Below, piece after piece: positions 9,582 to 19,319 of a stretch of 64,000 nt of DNA. Position 1 is the first letter of the stretch. Each line of letters starts with the position of its first letter. Location: positions 945-64,944 of the forward strand of contig JAUWLW010000011.1 in assembly GCA_030613505.1 (NCBI GenBank), given 5' to 3'. The notes under the pieces are model-generated. The model saw nothing but the letters and a program-made list of their open reading frames with translations, did not search any database and was not told the DNA's origin. The translations under genes were made by a program, and so were the position numbers. This DNA comes from Candidatus Zixiibacteriota bacterium (GTDB lineage Bacteria; RBG-13-66-14; B26-G2; WVWN01).

Positions 9582-9872
9582 TCATCCCCCCAGCAGGCTG
9601 ACGAGCGCGACGACGACCGAGGCCACGGCCATCACGACGGCGCTGCCGACGATGGCCCGGGCGCGGCCTGAAAGCTCCGCCCGGGCGCAGCGCTCGCGGC
9701 AGCGGTCGTCAATGACGGCGATATCGGCGGCGTGGCGGTGGACCGTGTCGCCCACGCGCTCGACGTCGGCGCTGAGCCGGCGCAGGTCGGCGCGCATGCC
9801 CTCCAGCATCTCGCCCACCTTGCCGCGCCAGGCCGCGGCCTTCATCCCGCTCCAGTCGTTGTTTTCGGCCAT
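9582..9872 (-). CDS. XhlA-like membrane protein (N-terminal coiled region, C-terminal TM)
   Basis: 96 aa with DLRRLSADVERVGDTV... and then AIVGSAVVMAVASVVVALVSLLGG. The architecture and the xhlA-holin gene order resemble PBSX-type lysis cassettes. The assignment is tentative. Confidence 0.35.
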   Translation of the reverse strand: MAENNDWSGMKAAAWRGKVGEMLEGMRADLRRLSADVERVGDTVHRHAADIAVIDDRCRERCARAELSGRARAIVGSAVVMAVASVVVALVSLLGG

Positions 9873-10019
9873 TAGCGTTTACGTATTAATTGACATAAAT
9901 TCGTATCAAGCCCCGATTATTTACGGCGCTTTTATTTACCTTGACACCGGCGCCCCAAAGTGCTACAAGATATATAGAAGAGGGACTTTTCCGGAGTGGA
10001 CCTTCGGAGAGGAGGAGCG

Positions 10020-10844
10020 ATGACGAAAAGGGTGACGATAGCGTGCGTAGTGGCGATTGCGGTGCTCCAGGCCGCGGCGCCGGCCCGGGCGACGATCGGT
10101 TCGATAATAAGTTCTTTTCCCATAGGACGTTACCACGGTATATACCGCGAAGGGAATTACGTCTATATTTCCGAAAACGTTAACAACTATAACTACCTAC
10201 GGATTTACACGTTAACTGGGACTTACTTAAGGCGGGTACGACTTATAAACGGCAACGTATATTCGCTTCGTAGCGGCTCCCGTACGCACCTGGGGGCCGG
10301 TTACGTAGCGCTTGGCGATACTAACGATAGAGCGATTAAAGTATTCCGCCTAAGCGGCGGCAACCCCGTTACGTCATATCCCGTAATTACTCCTCAAAAT
10401 ATCTTCTGGGACGGTGACTACTATTACGTAAATCGATGGGGCGACAAAGGGGGTTTTCGCCGTTATACGCGCACCGGCGCTAACGCAGGGACGTGGAATT
10501 GTGTCGGTTGGCCTGCTACCATGCTTGAATGCCACGGCGCCGAATACGCCCGCCGCGGGAACTACGGCGAGGGCCCATATTTCGTAGCCAGCCCGGGGCA
10601 AGGGTCGAAGCCTTGTTGCATAACGACATTCCCGGCCGGTTCGCTCGTTAGTACGTGGACCGTTACGAACGGCCAAGTTTGGCACTTAGCCTACGGCGAC
10701 TCGTCCAAGCCGTCTACGTACGGCGCCGCTATATGGGGGATACAATATAGTCCATACTATATAATCGAGTTCGACATAGACGCCCGCGGCGCGTCCGCGG
10801 TAATGCCGGCCTCGTTAGGCAAGGTAAAAGCTATATACCGCTAA
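10020..10844 (+). CDS. secreted protein, tag-family fold A (paralog of 22009..22776), ending ...MPASLGKVKAIYR
   Basis: ATG at 10020 preceded by GGAGGAGGAG. Signal peptide MTKRVTIACVVAIAVLQAAAPARA. The C-terminal tag variant is PASLGKVKAIYR. Confidence 0.7.
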   Translation: MTKRVTIACVVAIAVLQAAAPARATIGSIISSFPIGRYHGIYREGNYVYISENVNNYNYLRIYTLTGTYLRRVRLINGNVYSLRSGSRTHLGAGYVALGDTNDRAIKVFRLSGGNPVTSYPVITPQNIFWDGDYYYVNRWGDKGGFRRYTRTGANAGTWNCVGWPATMLECHGAEYARRGNYGEGPYFVASPGQGSKPCCITTFPAGSLVSTWTVTNGQVWHLAYGDSSKPSTYGAAIWGIQYSPYYIIEFDIDARGASAVMPASLGKVKAIYR

Positions 10845-10866
10845 GGGCGCTTTTGGCCGCGGTTTT

Positions 10867-12954
10867 TTACGGCGCGTAGTAGTAACCCCAGACGGAGAAT
10901 ATCACGGACGCCGCGGCCGTAACGTCTCCCGTTTCGGAGCAATACGGGGCGCCGATATAGTCGTCGCATTCGTGGCCGGCATTAGTATAGGTTGTAACGT
11001 GGTTAGCTCCTTCTTGCTGGGTCTCAGGTATCGTAACCGAAATACCATTCGCCGACGTCGCATCGACGTACAATTGGTAAGTGGTATCGAGGTTAGGCGT
11101 CGTAAGGCACCGGGCCCCGGCCTTCAACATCAAATACCCGCCTGCGGCCCCGGGCATCGGGTAGCGGCCTCCTTGGAAACCAAGCGCGTCCATGTCTTCG
11201 GTCGCGAACGCCGTCTCGTCCGAGAAGTCCCACCGCATCTCGCGCCATCCCGCGGAGGGTTTAAACATCAGCGGGAACTCGCCGACGTGCAGCATCGCGT
11301 TGTCTATTCTTACGTTTTTCGCCGCGGCATGTTTGTTTAGGACCTTGAAGTAGACCTGCTTGGCGTCGGCCTGTATTTCTTTATATATAGTGAAGCGGCG
11401 CATCTCATCGTTGAGCGGGTGTACCTCCAGCGTCGTCTCCTCGGAAGTCGTAGCGTCGTCGTGGTCTCCCAATACGAGCGTTATGGGTTCGCTCGTCGTC
11501 GTGTCGAGCATCAAATCCACCGACGCGCATACCCTCGAGCCCCGAACAAGCCCCACGATAATATTCTCGTTTACGCAATCGCCCGCGTAGGTGGTGTCGG
11601 TTACAAGGCCAAGGTACTGGCCTATACCTTCGTTCGCGTCTAATTGCGCGTAGCACAACTTATTGCCCGTACCTGTCGCGACGTCGGCCCCGGCCTCGGG
11701 CGAGAAATCAGCCCCTCCTTCGGCGAACCAACCGTCGGGAGGTTCGTTATTTTCTGTCAACGTCCAGCGCTCGAAGCCGCCGTTGGAGAAGAGGTTGTCC
11801 TGGGTGGTGTCCATCAGGATGCGGGCGGCGTCCTCGTACGGGCCGATGGAGAAGCCGAACGCCTTGTCGCCTATGTTCATCTGCGCCCGGGCGACGTAGA
11901 AGGTACACGCCTGGTTGCCGCGGACGTACGCCCGCACTTCGGCCGTGCCGGCGGTTATCTCCCTCGTGACGGTGACGGTGGTCCACGTGTCCGCCGTTAT
12001 GTCGGGCGTCGTCCCGTAGCAGGTTGAGTCCTCCAGGAAGCCTATCTGGAGCGAGTCGGCGACGGAGGTCTTCACGCGGAACGTCGCGGCGACGTACTTA
12101 CCGGCCAGGATCTTGTCGGCGAAGTTGGGGCTCAAAGATAACGCGATGCCCTCGTTCGAGCCGGAAGCCGTTACCTTCTGCGCCCGGGCGGAGCCGTCGG
12201 TGTGCTCGGGGGTCGTCACTATTTCGTACGTGCCGCCGGAACCTATTTCCTCCACTTTGAACAGGAAGTCGTGCCGGTCGCCGTAGTGCTCGAGCGAGCC
12301 GCCGGCCAGGAGGTTCAGGGCGCTGTCGGTCATGACGGCCTCGCTGCCGTCGATGGCGGTGGAGTCGACGACGTCGGCCAGCAACTCGCCGGTGTCCTCG
12401 TGCAGGACGGCGTCGACGCGGCTCTTGACCTTGTCGATGAACGCGGCGAGGGTCCCGCCGTTGTGGGCTATCTGCCCGGTGCCCAGCGTGCCGCCGGCGC
12501 CCTCGGCCGTTATAAGCCAGTCGGCGGGGAGCATCATCTTCTTGGGGAAGAGCATTATGTGGAGGGCGTCGATGAAGGCCGCGGCGGAGTAGTCCGAGAT
12601 GCCGGAGGTAGCCGGGTTCTCGAGCTGGCCGTCGCCGAAGACGATGTAGCAGTCGGACCCGCTGACGGATACGGTCGTCTCCCACACGTTGGAGGAGCCG
12701 TAGTAAATCAGGGCGTACCAGCCCGAATCGCACACGTCGCGCGCTTCGCCGTTGGCCTGCAGCCATATCTCGCACGTGGCCGCGGTCGAGTTCTTGTCGG
12801 CGCAGGAGATGCCGCGGACGTAGCGGGCCCCCACGGCGTCGCAGATGTCCTGGTAGTTCTGGTTAAACTCGTCGGCGTCCGCCAGATAGGTCGCGGACAA
12901 CGGCCCGCCGGGCGGGTAGTTGGAGTGGTCGTGCGTGACCCATTTATTGGCCAT
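10867..12954 (-). CDS. phage tail-fibre/receptor-binding-like protein with CBM4/9-like modules
   Basis: 695 aa, no signal peptide, with two NGGFE(R)W-type segments typical of carbohydrate-binding modules. Lies in a 4-gene minus-strand block with 4-18 nt gene spacings. Confidence 0.5.
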   Translation of the reverse strand: MANKWVTHDHSNYPPGGPLSATYLADADEFNQNYQDICDAVGARYVRGISCADKNSTAATCEIWLQANGEARDVCDSGWYALIYYGSSNVWETTVSVSGSDCYIVFGDGQLENPATSGISDYSAAAFIDALHIMLFPKKMMLPADWLITAEGAGGTLGTGQIAHNGGTLAAFIDKVKSRVDAVLHEDTGELLADVVDSTAIDGSEAVMTDSALNLLAGGSLEHYGDRHDFLFKVEEIGSGGTYEIVTTPEHTDGSARAQKVTASGSNEGIALSLSPNFADKILAGKYVAATFRVKTSVADSLQIGFLEDSTCYGTTPDITADTWTTVTVTREITAGTAEVRAYVRGNQACTFYVARAQMNIGDKAFGFSIGPYEDAARILMDTTQDNLFSNGGFERWTLTENNEPPDGWFAEGGADFSPEAGADVATGTGNKLCYAQLDANEGIGQYLGLVTDTTYAGDCVNENIIVGLVRGSRVCASVDLMLDTTTSEPITLVLGDHDDATTSEETTLEVHPLNDEMRRFTIYKEIQADAKQVYFKVLNKHAAAKNVRIDNAMLHVGEFPLMFKPSAGWREMRWDFSDETAFATEDMDALGFQGGRYPMPGAAGGYLMLKAGARCLTTPNLDTTYQLYVDATSANGISVTIPETQQEGANHVTTYTNAGHECDDYIGAPYCSETGDVTAAASVIFSVWGYYYAP

Positions 12955-12972
12955 AATGCCCCCTTGGGTGCG

Positions 12973-13635
12973 TTAATCGAATATCAATTCCTCGGACGTA
13001 TCGGTGAGGTAGCCGAGCGTGCTCTCTTTCTCCGACGTCGAGAAGGACCCCCACGAGCCTTCGTCGGCCATGGCGCAGTTGACCTTCTCGGCGCCGGAGT
13101 AAGAACCCCACAGCGACTTATCCATGAACTTGAGGCCGCGCTCCACGGGCCAGGGTATGCTCTTGAAGGGCGCCAGGCCTATGACCTCCAGCGCCGCGGC
13201 GTGGCCGCCGGCGAAGGGCCGGCCGTCGACCTTGAAGTCGTCGACGCTTCCCTTGACGTGGCAGACGAAGAAGATGTCGTCGTTGTCGGAGTGGGGATAG
13301 AACTTGACCTTGAAGAGGCCGCCGCGGGCGCAGTGGTTGAGGACCGCGCACACCTCGCCCCCCACGGCCTTGCTGAGCAGCGGGAACTCGAGCTTGGCGC
13401 GGTAGTAGTAGCCGCCGGTCTCGACGATCTTGTGGCCGTCGATGCCGAGGCGGATCTTCTCCTCGAGCTCGAAGGATTCGATCATAACGGGCGCGACGTG
13501 CTCGAGCTCGAACAGGGAACCGGCGGCGACGTCGGTCCAGGTGTAGCTGAGCAGCACGGTCTCGCCGTCCTGGTCCAGGCAGTCCACCTTGGGGCCGAGC
13601 TCGCCACGAGTGTGGTACAGGTCCCAGGAACCCAT
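12973..13635 (-). CDS. hypothetical phage structural protein
   Basis: 220 aa, in an operonic block with the tail-fibre-like gene. Confidence 0.45.
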   Translation of the reverse strand: MGSWDLYHTRGELGPKVDCLDQDGETVLLSYTWTDVAAGSLFELEHVAPVMIESFELEEKIRLGIDGHKIVETGGYYYRAKLEFPLLSKAVGGEVCAVLNHCARGGLFKVKFYPHSDNDDIFFVCHVKGSVDDFKVDGRPFAGGHAAALEVIGLAPFKSIPWPVERGLKFMDKSLWGSYSGAEKVNCAMADEGSWGSFSTSEKESTLGYLTDTSEELIFD

Positions 13636-13651
13636 TTACATCCCCCCGATA

Positions 13652-14782
13652 TTAATCGTAGGCCGCGACGACCTTCTCCACCACGGTAAAGTTGGTCGTG
13701 CCCTTGGGGCTGAAGTCGCGGCCGGTAACGATGCCCGAGACCTTCCGGCCCAGGTAATAAAACACTTTCTCTTCGCACAGGCCGAATTGCTCGATGATAC
13801 CGGCGCACTCGACGGTGAACATGCGCCGCTTTATGGTATAGAAGTTGTAGGCCGCGGCGCACAGCAGTTCGGCGTGGCCCTTGTCGTAGACGTACTTGCA
13901 GCTCAGGCTCATCACCGGCTTGCCGCTCCCCAGCTCGACCTTGCCCTTGGCGTAACCGAAGGACACCTTCTCGTAGGCGGGGAGGTCGCGCTTGGTTATC
14001 TTGAGGACGTTGGGGAAGGCGCCGGTCTTGCTCGGCGTGTCGCGGCTGACGATGTAAAGCGTACCGAGGTGGTCGAAGCAATACTGGTCGCACGCCCGGG
14101 CGAGGTCGGCGACGACGTTCCATATCTTCTTGCCGCCGGCGTCGACCTCGTGGACGTAGCCGGACCACTCCTTGCCGAACTGGACGAGCAGGTTGGAGGG
14201 CGCGCTTATGGCCCAGATGCGGTCGTCGCCGGCCGTTATGCACGTCAGCTCGCGGTCGCCGTGACGCGGCGAATAAGTATTGACGAAGGTCCCGCCGCTG
14301 ACCTGCGCGAAGCGATGGCGCGCGCCGGCCTCGTTAAAGTAGAGCTTGCCGCCGAAGACGACGGGGCACTTGATCTCGGCGTCGGCCAGGAAGTACCGGT
14401 ACGCGACGTCGACCTTCTGGTTCTCCAGCGCCGGGTTGAAGTAGAGGTAGCACCGGTTATACTCGTCGCCCTTCCGGCGGTGCGCGACGCAGCGATACTT
14501 GGCCGGGACGGGCCAGGTCTCGTAGAACTTGGACTCCTCGCTCTCGTCGGTGTAGTCGGTGAGCTCGAGGGGCTTGGCGCTGGCGGTTAGCGTTACGGTT
14601 ACGGTGCCCGGCACCACGTTCGTCTCTTTCAGCGTGACGCGGGGCATGCGCTCGTAGTCGTCGTCGTATTTTACGGTGTGGCTCTCGCCCCGCCACTGCT
14701 TGGCCGCCCAGTCGACCTCGCCGCCCTCGTCGGGCTCGCCAGCCCAGGGCTTGGTCGCGTAGACTACTTCCCAATAGGCCAT
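13652..14782 (-). CDS. hypothetical phage structural (baseplate/tail-associated?) protein
   Basis: 376 aa, in the same block. Confidence 0.45.
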   Translation of the reverse strand: MAYWEVVYATKPWAGEPDEGGEVDWAAKQWRGESHTVKYDDDYERMPRVTLKETNVVPGTVTVTLTASAKPLELTDYTDESEESKFYETWPVPAKYRCVAHRRKGDEYNRCYLYFNPALENQKVDVAYRYFLADAEIKCPVVFGGKLYFNEAGARHRFAQVSGGTFVNTYSPRHGDRELTCITAGDDRIWAISAPSNLLVQFGKEWSGYVHEVDAGGKKIWNVVADLARACDQYCFDHLGTLYIVSRDTPSKTGAFPNVLKITKRDLPAYEKVSFGYAKGKVELGSGKPVMSLSCKYVYDKGHAELLCAAAYNFYTIKRRMFTVECAGIIEQFGLCEEKVFYYLGRKVSGIVTGRDFSPKGTTNFTVVEKVVAAYD

Positions 14783-14789
14783 AACCGCC

Positions 14790-17399
14790 TCACAATCGCC
14801 AGATCTGATGCCGCTCGACGCGACCCTTCATGAAGCTGATGTACTTGTCGCCGAGCTCCTCCATAGCTTGCTCGGGATAACCCCTCCAGCTCACGCCGTC
14901 GGCGTCCAGCGACAGCAGCGCCATCCACGTAACCTGGCCGCGGAAGTCGCCGGTCGTGGTCTCGGTTATGCGCCGCCAATCGGGCGATAGGTGATTGGGG
15001 CTCGTCGACTCCTTGACCTCGCGCGCGCCCGTCTCCACCTGGCTGACGTAGTAGTGCTTGGCCTTCGGCTGGTTGAACTTGTCCCCGAGTTTAATAATGG
15101 TGCCCGGCTCGAAGATGTCGGTGCGGTCGCCGGTTACCATGACTATGGCCGCGGTCATGCCGGTGTAGCCGGTCGGCGCATTTTTATCCTGGGGCGCCGC
15201 GGCCCAGAAGATCTGAAGGTTGGTGGGGACCCAGTTGGGCTCGTAGTAGCGACGGCCGCCGTAGCACCGGTCGCGGTAGCGCGCGAAAGACGTTATGTAA
15301 CACTCCGGCCTCTTCCACCAGCGGTTGGGGCCCTGGGCGTTGCGGCGGTCGATAAACCTGTTGCGGAACTTCTTGGCCTGCGGGTCCCACTTCGCGACGC
15401 GGCACTGGGAGAAGAACTTGCCGGTGACTTCGCACCGGGCGTGGTCGTTCCAGGCCGCCCAAACGCCGGAGCTATCTTTAAATAGGAATATGTCGCCGTA
15501 GGTCTTGAGCTCGCCGGCGCCCACCTTGCAGGTAACCCATTTCCCGCCCTGCGAACGGACCACGCGGCACGGCCCGGGCTGGTTGAAGGGGCCGTACTCG
15601 CCGTGGTCCTGCAGCGCGCTGGCGACGAAGAAGCCGTCCTCCACCAGGAACGACGGGTTGTACCCCTCGAGCTCGACCTCGAAAGGCGCCACCGCGCCGC
15701 TGGCGTAGTACTCCTTCGACTCTTCTTGAGTCGAGTCGTACATCTCCATGTCGCGGAACTCGATGAACGAGGCGTAACCGACGCGGTCGATGTAAAACTC
15801 GCCGGCCTCGTCTATCTGGCCGAGCTCGCGGGGCCAGAAGAAATCGTCGCGGCCCGTCTTGCGGTCGCGCGCTTCGACGTAGACGGTGGCGGAGTCGACG
15901 GACTTCAGGCCCTTGGGGAAGTTGAAGCGGACCTTGACGTTCTGCGGCTTGGCGATGAAGACGTTATTCGTAGGCTGCTTGCCGGGGGGGTAAAGGAATA
16001 TCGTGGAGGTAGCGGGGAAGTCGTAGGCGGCCTTATGTTGCACCGTGCACTCGAACGATTTGTCGTGTCCTTCGACGCGCGTAATGCGCCCCAGGGCCTG
16101 CCTCTTAGTCTGGTTGTCGTATACCTCTACGGAATAATCTTTGCCGGGGTGTTTCCACTTATATTTTGTCCTGGCGATAAACAGCTTGTTGTCGCGTTTT
16201 TTAATGGGGCTACCGGCGATAAGCGACGCCTCTATCCGGTCGGCGTTGCCGAGGACGCCGTGCTCCTTCTCGCCCCTCGGCGTCCCCCACCCTATGCACC
16301 GGGGCACGGCGTACGCCCAATACTGGGTTTCTTCGGTAGTGGTCCCGCCCTTGTTCTCGAAGAACATCACCTTCGACCTTACGACCGCGCCCTTATTGTG
16401 GAGCGTTAACAGCTTGGCGTCGAGTAGCTTGGCGTTCTCGGGCGGGTTGTCCATGCTAATCTCGCCATAACACTTGTAGTGAGTTTCTTTTTTACTGAGA
16501 TCGGTTTTGGTCGTCTGGCAGACGTAATAGACCTTGTCTTTGGAGGCGCTGTACTCGAGGTGAAGGACCTCCCATCCCTTCCCCTTGAGGAAACGCTTAC
16601 TTCCGGCGTACGTAAAGCCGCAGACGCGGTTCCACTTCCGCGACGCCGGGTGGTACGACATTAGCCACGGGTTCCGGCGGGAGTACGAGCTCCATACGCC
16701 CATATAGACGACCTTGCGGCTCGAGTCCCAGCAGATGGCCTTGACCTGGTAGGTATCGTCGTATTTGGCTCCCGGGCGGGCGAGCTTCTTGCGCGGCAGC
16801 TCCCCCCCGCTCCAGAAGTAGTTTTGCCCTTTAACTTTCTGTTCGTCGAGCTTGTACTTGCGGCCGCCGCCCGGGCCGGCCTGCTTGAACGCCTTCTTTA
16901 AAAATTTGGGGAGGAGCAGGTCCGTGACGTGCTTGTTCTTGTGCCAGGTTTTGGTGTTTGGGTCTTTGACGGCGTCGCCGTCCTCCCAGGCGCCGGGGGG
17001 CGACGTAAAGGTCAGCTTGAGCTTGTCGGAGGGGTAGGCGTCCACCCCTTCGGGCAGTTTCTCGAGGCGGCCGAACCAGACGAGTTGCTTCTGCCCTTTG
17101 CGGAAGATAAGGTAGGAATATATTTTGATGGACAGCCGCTTGGGGTCTTTAAGGCCCCCTAAAAAATCGACCAGTTCGTCGGTGCGGGTAAGCTCGACGG
17201 TAACGTGGTCGATGGTCGAGATCGAGTACTTGTCGCTCTCGAGCTTGGCCTTCACCGCGGGAAGGTTGTAGGCCTCGTCGTCGGGGACGTAGTTGCGCCT
17301 GGCGTCGCTGCGGCGGAGCTTCACCTGCCACAGCGGCTTGACGTACCCCTGTCGCGCCAGGTAACCCGGCGGCCTGTACGGAAATTCTATCGTGCTCAT
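14790..17399 (-). CDS. large phage structural protein (tail/host-specificity-like)
   Basis: 869 aa, no signal peptide. First gene of the block. Function inferred from size and context only. Confidence 0.45.
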   Translation of the reverse strand: MSTIEFPYRPPGYLARQGYVKPLWQVKLRRSDARRNYVPDDEAYNLPAVKAKLESDKYSISTIDHVTVELTRTDELVDFLGGLKDPKRLSIKIYSYLIFRKGQKQLVWFGRLEKLPEGVDAYPSDKLKLTFTSPPGAWEDGDAVKDPNTKTWHKNKHVTDLLLPKFLKKAFKQAGPGGGRKYKLDEQKVKGQNYFWSGGELPRKKLARPGAKYDDTYQVKAICWDSSRKVVYMGVWSSYSRRNPWLMSYHPASRKWNRVCGFTYAGSKRFLKGKGWEVLHLEYSASKDKVYYVCQTTKTDLSKKETHYKCYGEISMDNPPENAKLLDAKLLTLHNKGAVVRSKVMFFENKGGTTTEETQYWAYAVPRCIGWGTPRGEKEHGVLGNADRIEASLIAGSPIKKRDNKLFIARTKYKWKHPGKDYSVEVYDNQTKRQALGRITRVEGHDKSFECTVQHKAAYDFPATSTIFLYPPGKQPTNNVFIAKPQNVKVRFNFPKGLKSVDSATVYVEARDRKTGRDDFFWPRELGQIDEAGEFYIDRVGYASFIEFRDMEMYDSTQEESKEYYASGAVAPFEVELEGYNPSFLVEDGFFVASALQDHGEYGPFNQPGPCRVVRSQGGKWVTCKVGAGELKTYGDIFLFKDSSGVWAAWNDHARCEVTGKFFSQCRVAKWDPQAKKFRNRFIDRRNAQGPNRWWKRPECYITSFARYRDRCYGGRRYYEPNWVPTNLQIFWAAAPQDKNAPTGYTGMTAAIVMVTGDRTDIFEPGTIIKLGDKFNQPKAKHYYVSQVETGAREVKESTSPNHLSPDWRRITETTTGDFRGQVTWMALLSLDADGVSWRGYPEQAMEELGDKYISFMKGRVERHQIWRL

Positions 17400-17544
17400 T
17401 CTCTACCCCGCGAAGTCTTCCGCATATTTTTAACAGACGCCGCCCTATAATCAACATTTCAAAACGTGTTTTTGGCGGCTAAAGGGGTTCAAACCGGCTC
17501 GAGCGCGCCGCCCGACCGCATCACCCGCCGGGCCGCACGAATTA

Positions 17545-17573
17545 TTTGACACCGCCTCGAGGCGGTGTTAGCA
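17545..17573 (+). promoter_or_regulatory. sigma70-like promoter (TTGACA-17-TAGCAT) whose spacer is a perfect 20-bp palindrome ACACCGCCTCGAGGCGGTGT (putative operator)
   Basis: -35 TTGACA at 17545-17550, palindrome at 17548-17567, -10 TAGCAT at 17568-17573, 57 nt upstream of the PhzF ATG. Confidence 0.35.
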
Positions 17574-17629
17574 TCTGCCCAAGTTTGCGCCGCGATTATC
17601 GTTCTCATTAGCAAATCGGAGGAGCCGCA

Positions 17630-18424
17630 ATGGAAGTCCCCATCTACCAGGTGGACGCTTTTACCGAGGAACCGTTCGCCGGCAACCCGGCGGCGGTGTG
17701 CATATTGGAGGGCCCGGCCGACGAGGGTTGGATGCAGAACGTGGGCCGCGAGATGAACCTCTCCGAGACGGCGTTCCTCTATCGCCAGGACAACGGCTTC
17801 AACCTGCGCTGGTTCACGCCGACGGTGGAGGTGGAGCTATGCGGCCACGCCACGCTGGCCAGCGCCCACGTACTGTGGACGGAGGGTTACTTGCCGCCGG
17901 CCGAGGAGGGTCGCTTCCACACCAAGAGCGGCCTCTTGACCGCCGAACGTAAAAACGATTGGCTCGAGCTCGACTTCCCCGCCACGGCGCCGAAGGAGGC
18001 GGAAACCCCTCCGGGTCTACTGGAGGCGCTGGGCGTCGCGGAAGCCGGGTACGTCGGCAAGACGCGGTTCGACTACCTGGTGGAGGCGGCCCGCGAGGAG
18101 GTAGTCCGGAGTATCGAGCCGGACATAGGCCGGCTGCGCGAGCTCGACGTCCGCGGCGTGATGGTGACGGCGCGCACGGCCTCGGGCGAACACGACTTCG
18201 TCTCCCGGTTCTTCGCGCCGGGCGCGGGCATCGACGAGGACCCGGTGACGGGCTCGGCCCACTGCGCGCTGGGCCCCTACTGGGGCGCGAAGCTCGGCCG
18301 CGAGGAGATGGTGGCGTACCAGGCTTCGCCTCGGGGCGGCGTCGTGAGGGTGACGCTGGCGGGCGACCGCGTCAAGCTGGGAGGGAAAGCGGTCACGGTC
18401 CTCCGGGGTAAGTTGGCGGCGTGA
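17630..18424 (+). CDS. PhzF-family isomerase (phenazine biosynthesis-like protein)
   Basis: FTEEPFAGNPAAV, SETAF, CGHATLASAHVLW, EDPVTGSAHCALGPYW. Confidence 0.85.
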   Translation: MEVPIYQVDAFTEEPFAGNPAAVCILEGPADEGWMQNVGREMNLSETAFLYRQDNGFNLRWFTPTVEVELCGHATLASAHVLWTEGYLPPAEEGRFHTKSGLLTAERKNDWLELDFPATAPKEAETPPGLLEALGVAEAGYVGKTRFDYLVEAAREEVVRSIEPDIGRLRELDVRGVMVTARTASGEHDFVSRFFAPGAGIDEDPVTGSAHCALGPYWGAKLGREEMVAYQASPRGGVVRVTLAGDRVKLGGKAVTVLRGKLAA

Positions 18425-18442
18425 ACGAACGGGGTCGCGACG

Positions 18443-19186
18443 ATGCCTAACGGTACCCCCCGCGCCGAGCGGGAAGCAACCGCCGCGGCGGACAAGGCCG
18501 GCGAGACGAGGCGAGGCGTCAAACGTTGGCTTATCAAAAATTGCCTCGCGGTATTGATCGTCGGCGCCGCGGCCTTCCTCGCCGCGGGCCGGTTGGATTG
18601 GTTCTGGGGGTGGGCCTTCGTCGGCCTTCTGGACGTCAACGTCGTCGTCCTGGCGGTGGTCCTAATCCCGACCAACCCGGAGCTACTCGCCGAGCGGTCG
18701 GGCCTCAAGGAGGGAACCAAACGCTGGGACCTGGTCCTCGCGCCGCTCGTGGCGTACGGGCCGTTATACACGGCGATAGTAGCGGCGCTCGACTTCAGGT
18801 GGGGTTGGTCGGGGCCCCTTCCCCTCTGGCTGCACCTGGCGGCGCTGGTAGTCGTCGTCGCCGGGTGGGCGCTCACGGTCTGGGCCATGGCCGCCAACAA
18901 GTTCTTCGCGGCGACGGTGAGGATACAGACGGACCGGGGCCACACGGTAGCCGAAGGCGGCCCGTACCGCTTCGTGCGGCATCCGGGGTACGTAGGCGCG
19001 GCCGCGTTCGTCGTCGCGCTGGCGTTAATGCTGGGGTCGCTGTGGGCGCTAATACCGGCGGCGGTAGCGCTGGCGGCGGTTATCGAGCGGACGGCGCTGG
19101 AGGACCGGACGCTTCGGCTCGAGCTCGACGGGTACGAGGCGTACGCCAAGAAGACGCGATACCGGCTGGTGCCGGGCGTGTGGTAA
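18443..19186 (+). CDS. isoprenylcysteine carboxyl methyltransferase (ICMT/PEMT)-family membrane protein
   Basis: Polytopic. C-terminal FVRHPGYVGAAAF...ERTALEDRTLRLELDGYEAYAKKTRYRLVPGVW matches the ICMT family signature. Confidence 0.7.
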   Translation: MPNGTPRAEREATAAADKAGETRRGVKRWLIKNCLAVLIVGAAAFLAAGRLDWFWGWAFVGLLDVNVVVLAVVLIPTNPELLAERSGLKEGTKRWDLVLAPLVAYGPLYTAIVAALDFRWGWSGPLPLWLHLAALVVVVAGWALTVWAMAANKFFAATVRIQTDRGHTVAEGGPYRFVRHPGYVGAAAFVVALALMLGSLWALIPAAVALAAVIERTALEDRTLRLELDGYEAYAKKTRYRLVPGVW

Positions 19187-19242
19187 CCAGCGGCCAGCGT
19201 AGCCCGGCGTGACGACCGTGGAGTTTAAGCAGAAAAAAATAT

Positions 19243-19270
19243 TGCGAAAGCCGGAAAAGTAGCTATAATA
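19243..19270 (+). promoter_or_regulatory. candidate sigma70-like promoter (TTGCGA-15/16-TATAAT) for 19320..20913
   Basis: TTGCGA at 19243-19248 and TATAAT at 19264-19269. SD GGGAGAAG before the ATG. Confidence 0.3.
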
Positions 19271-19319
19271 TAACCGGCCGGCCGGGAGGAGGCCCGACGG
19301 CTATTTCAAGCGGGAGAAG

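Noticed and set aside
12202-13689. 495-aa plus-strand ORF, together with many other long ORFs antisense to real genes (e.g. 35174..36748, 43639..45204, 5294..5932, 12098..12775, 50659..51462, 63151..63918)
   Set aside because: Arg/Gly/Ala/Pro-rich translations typical of non-coding frames in ~68% GC DNA. They lie antisense to, or out of frame within, well-supported genes. No motifs or start signals.
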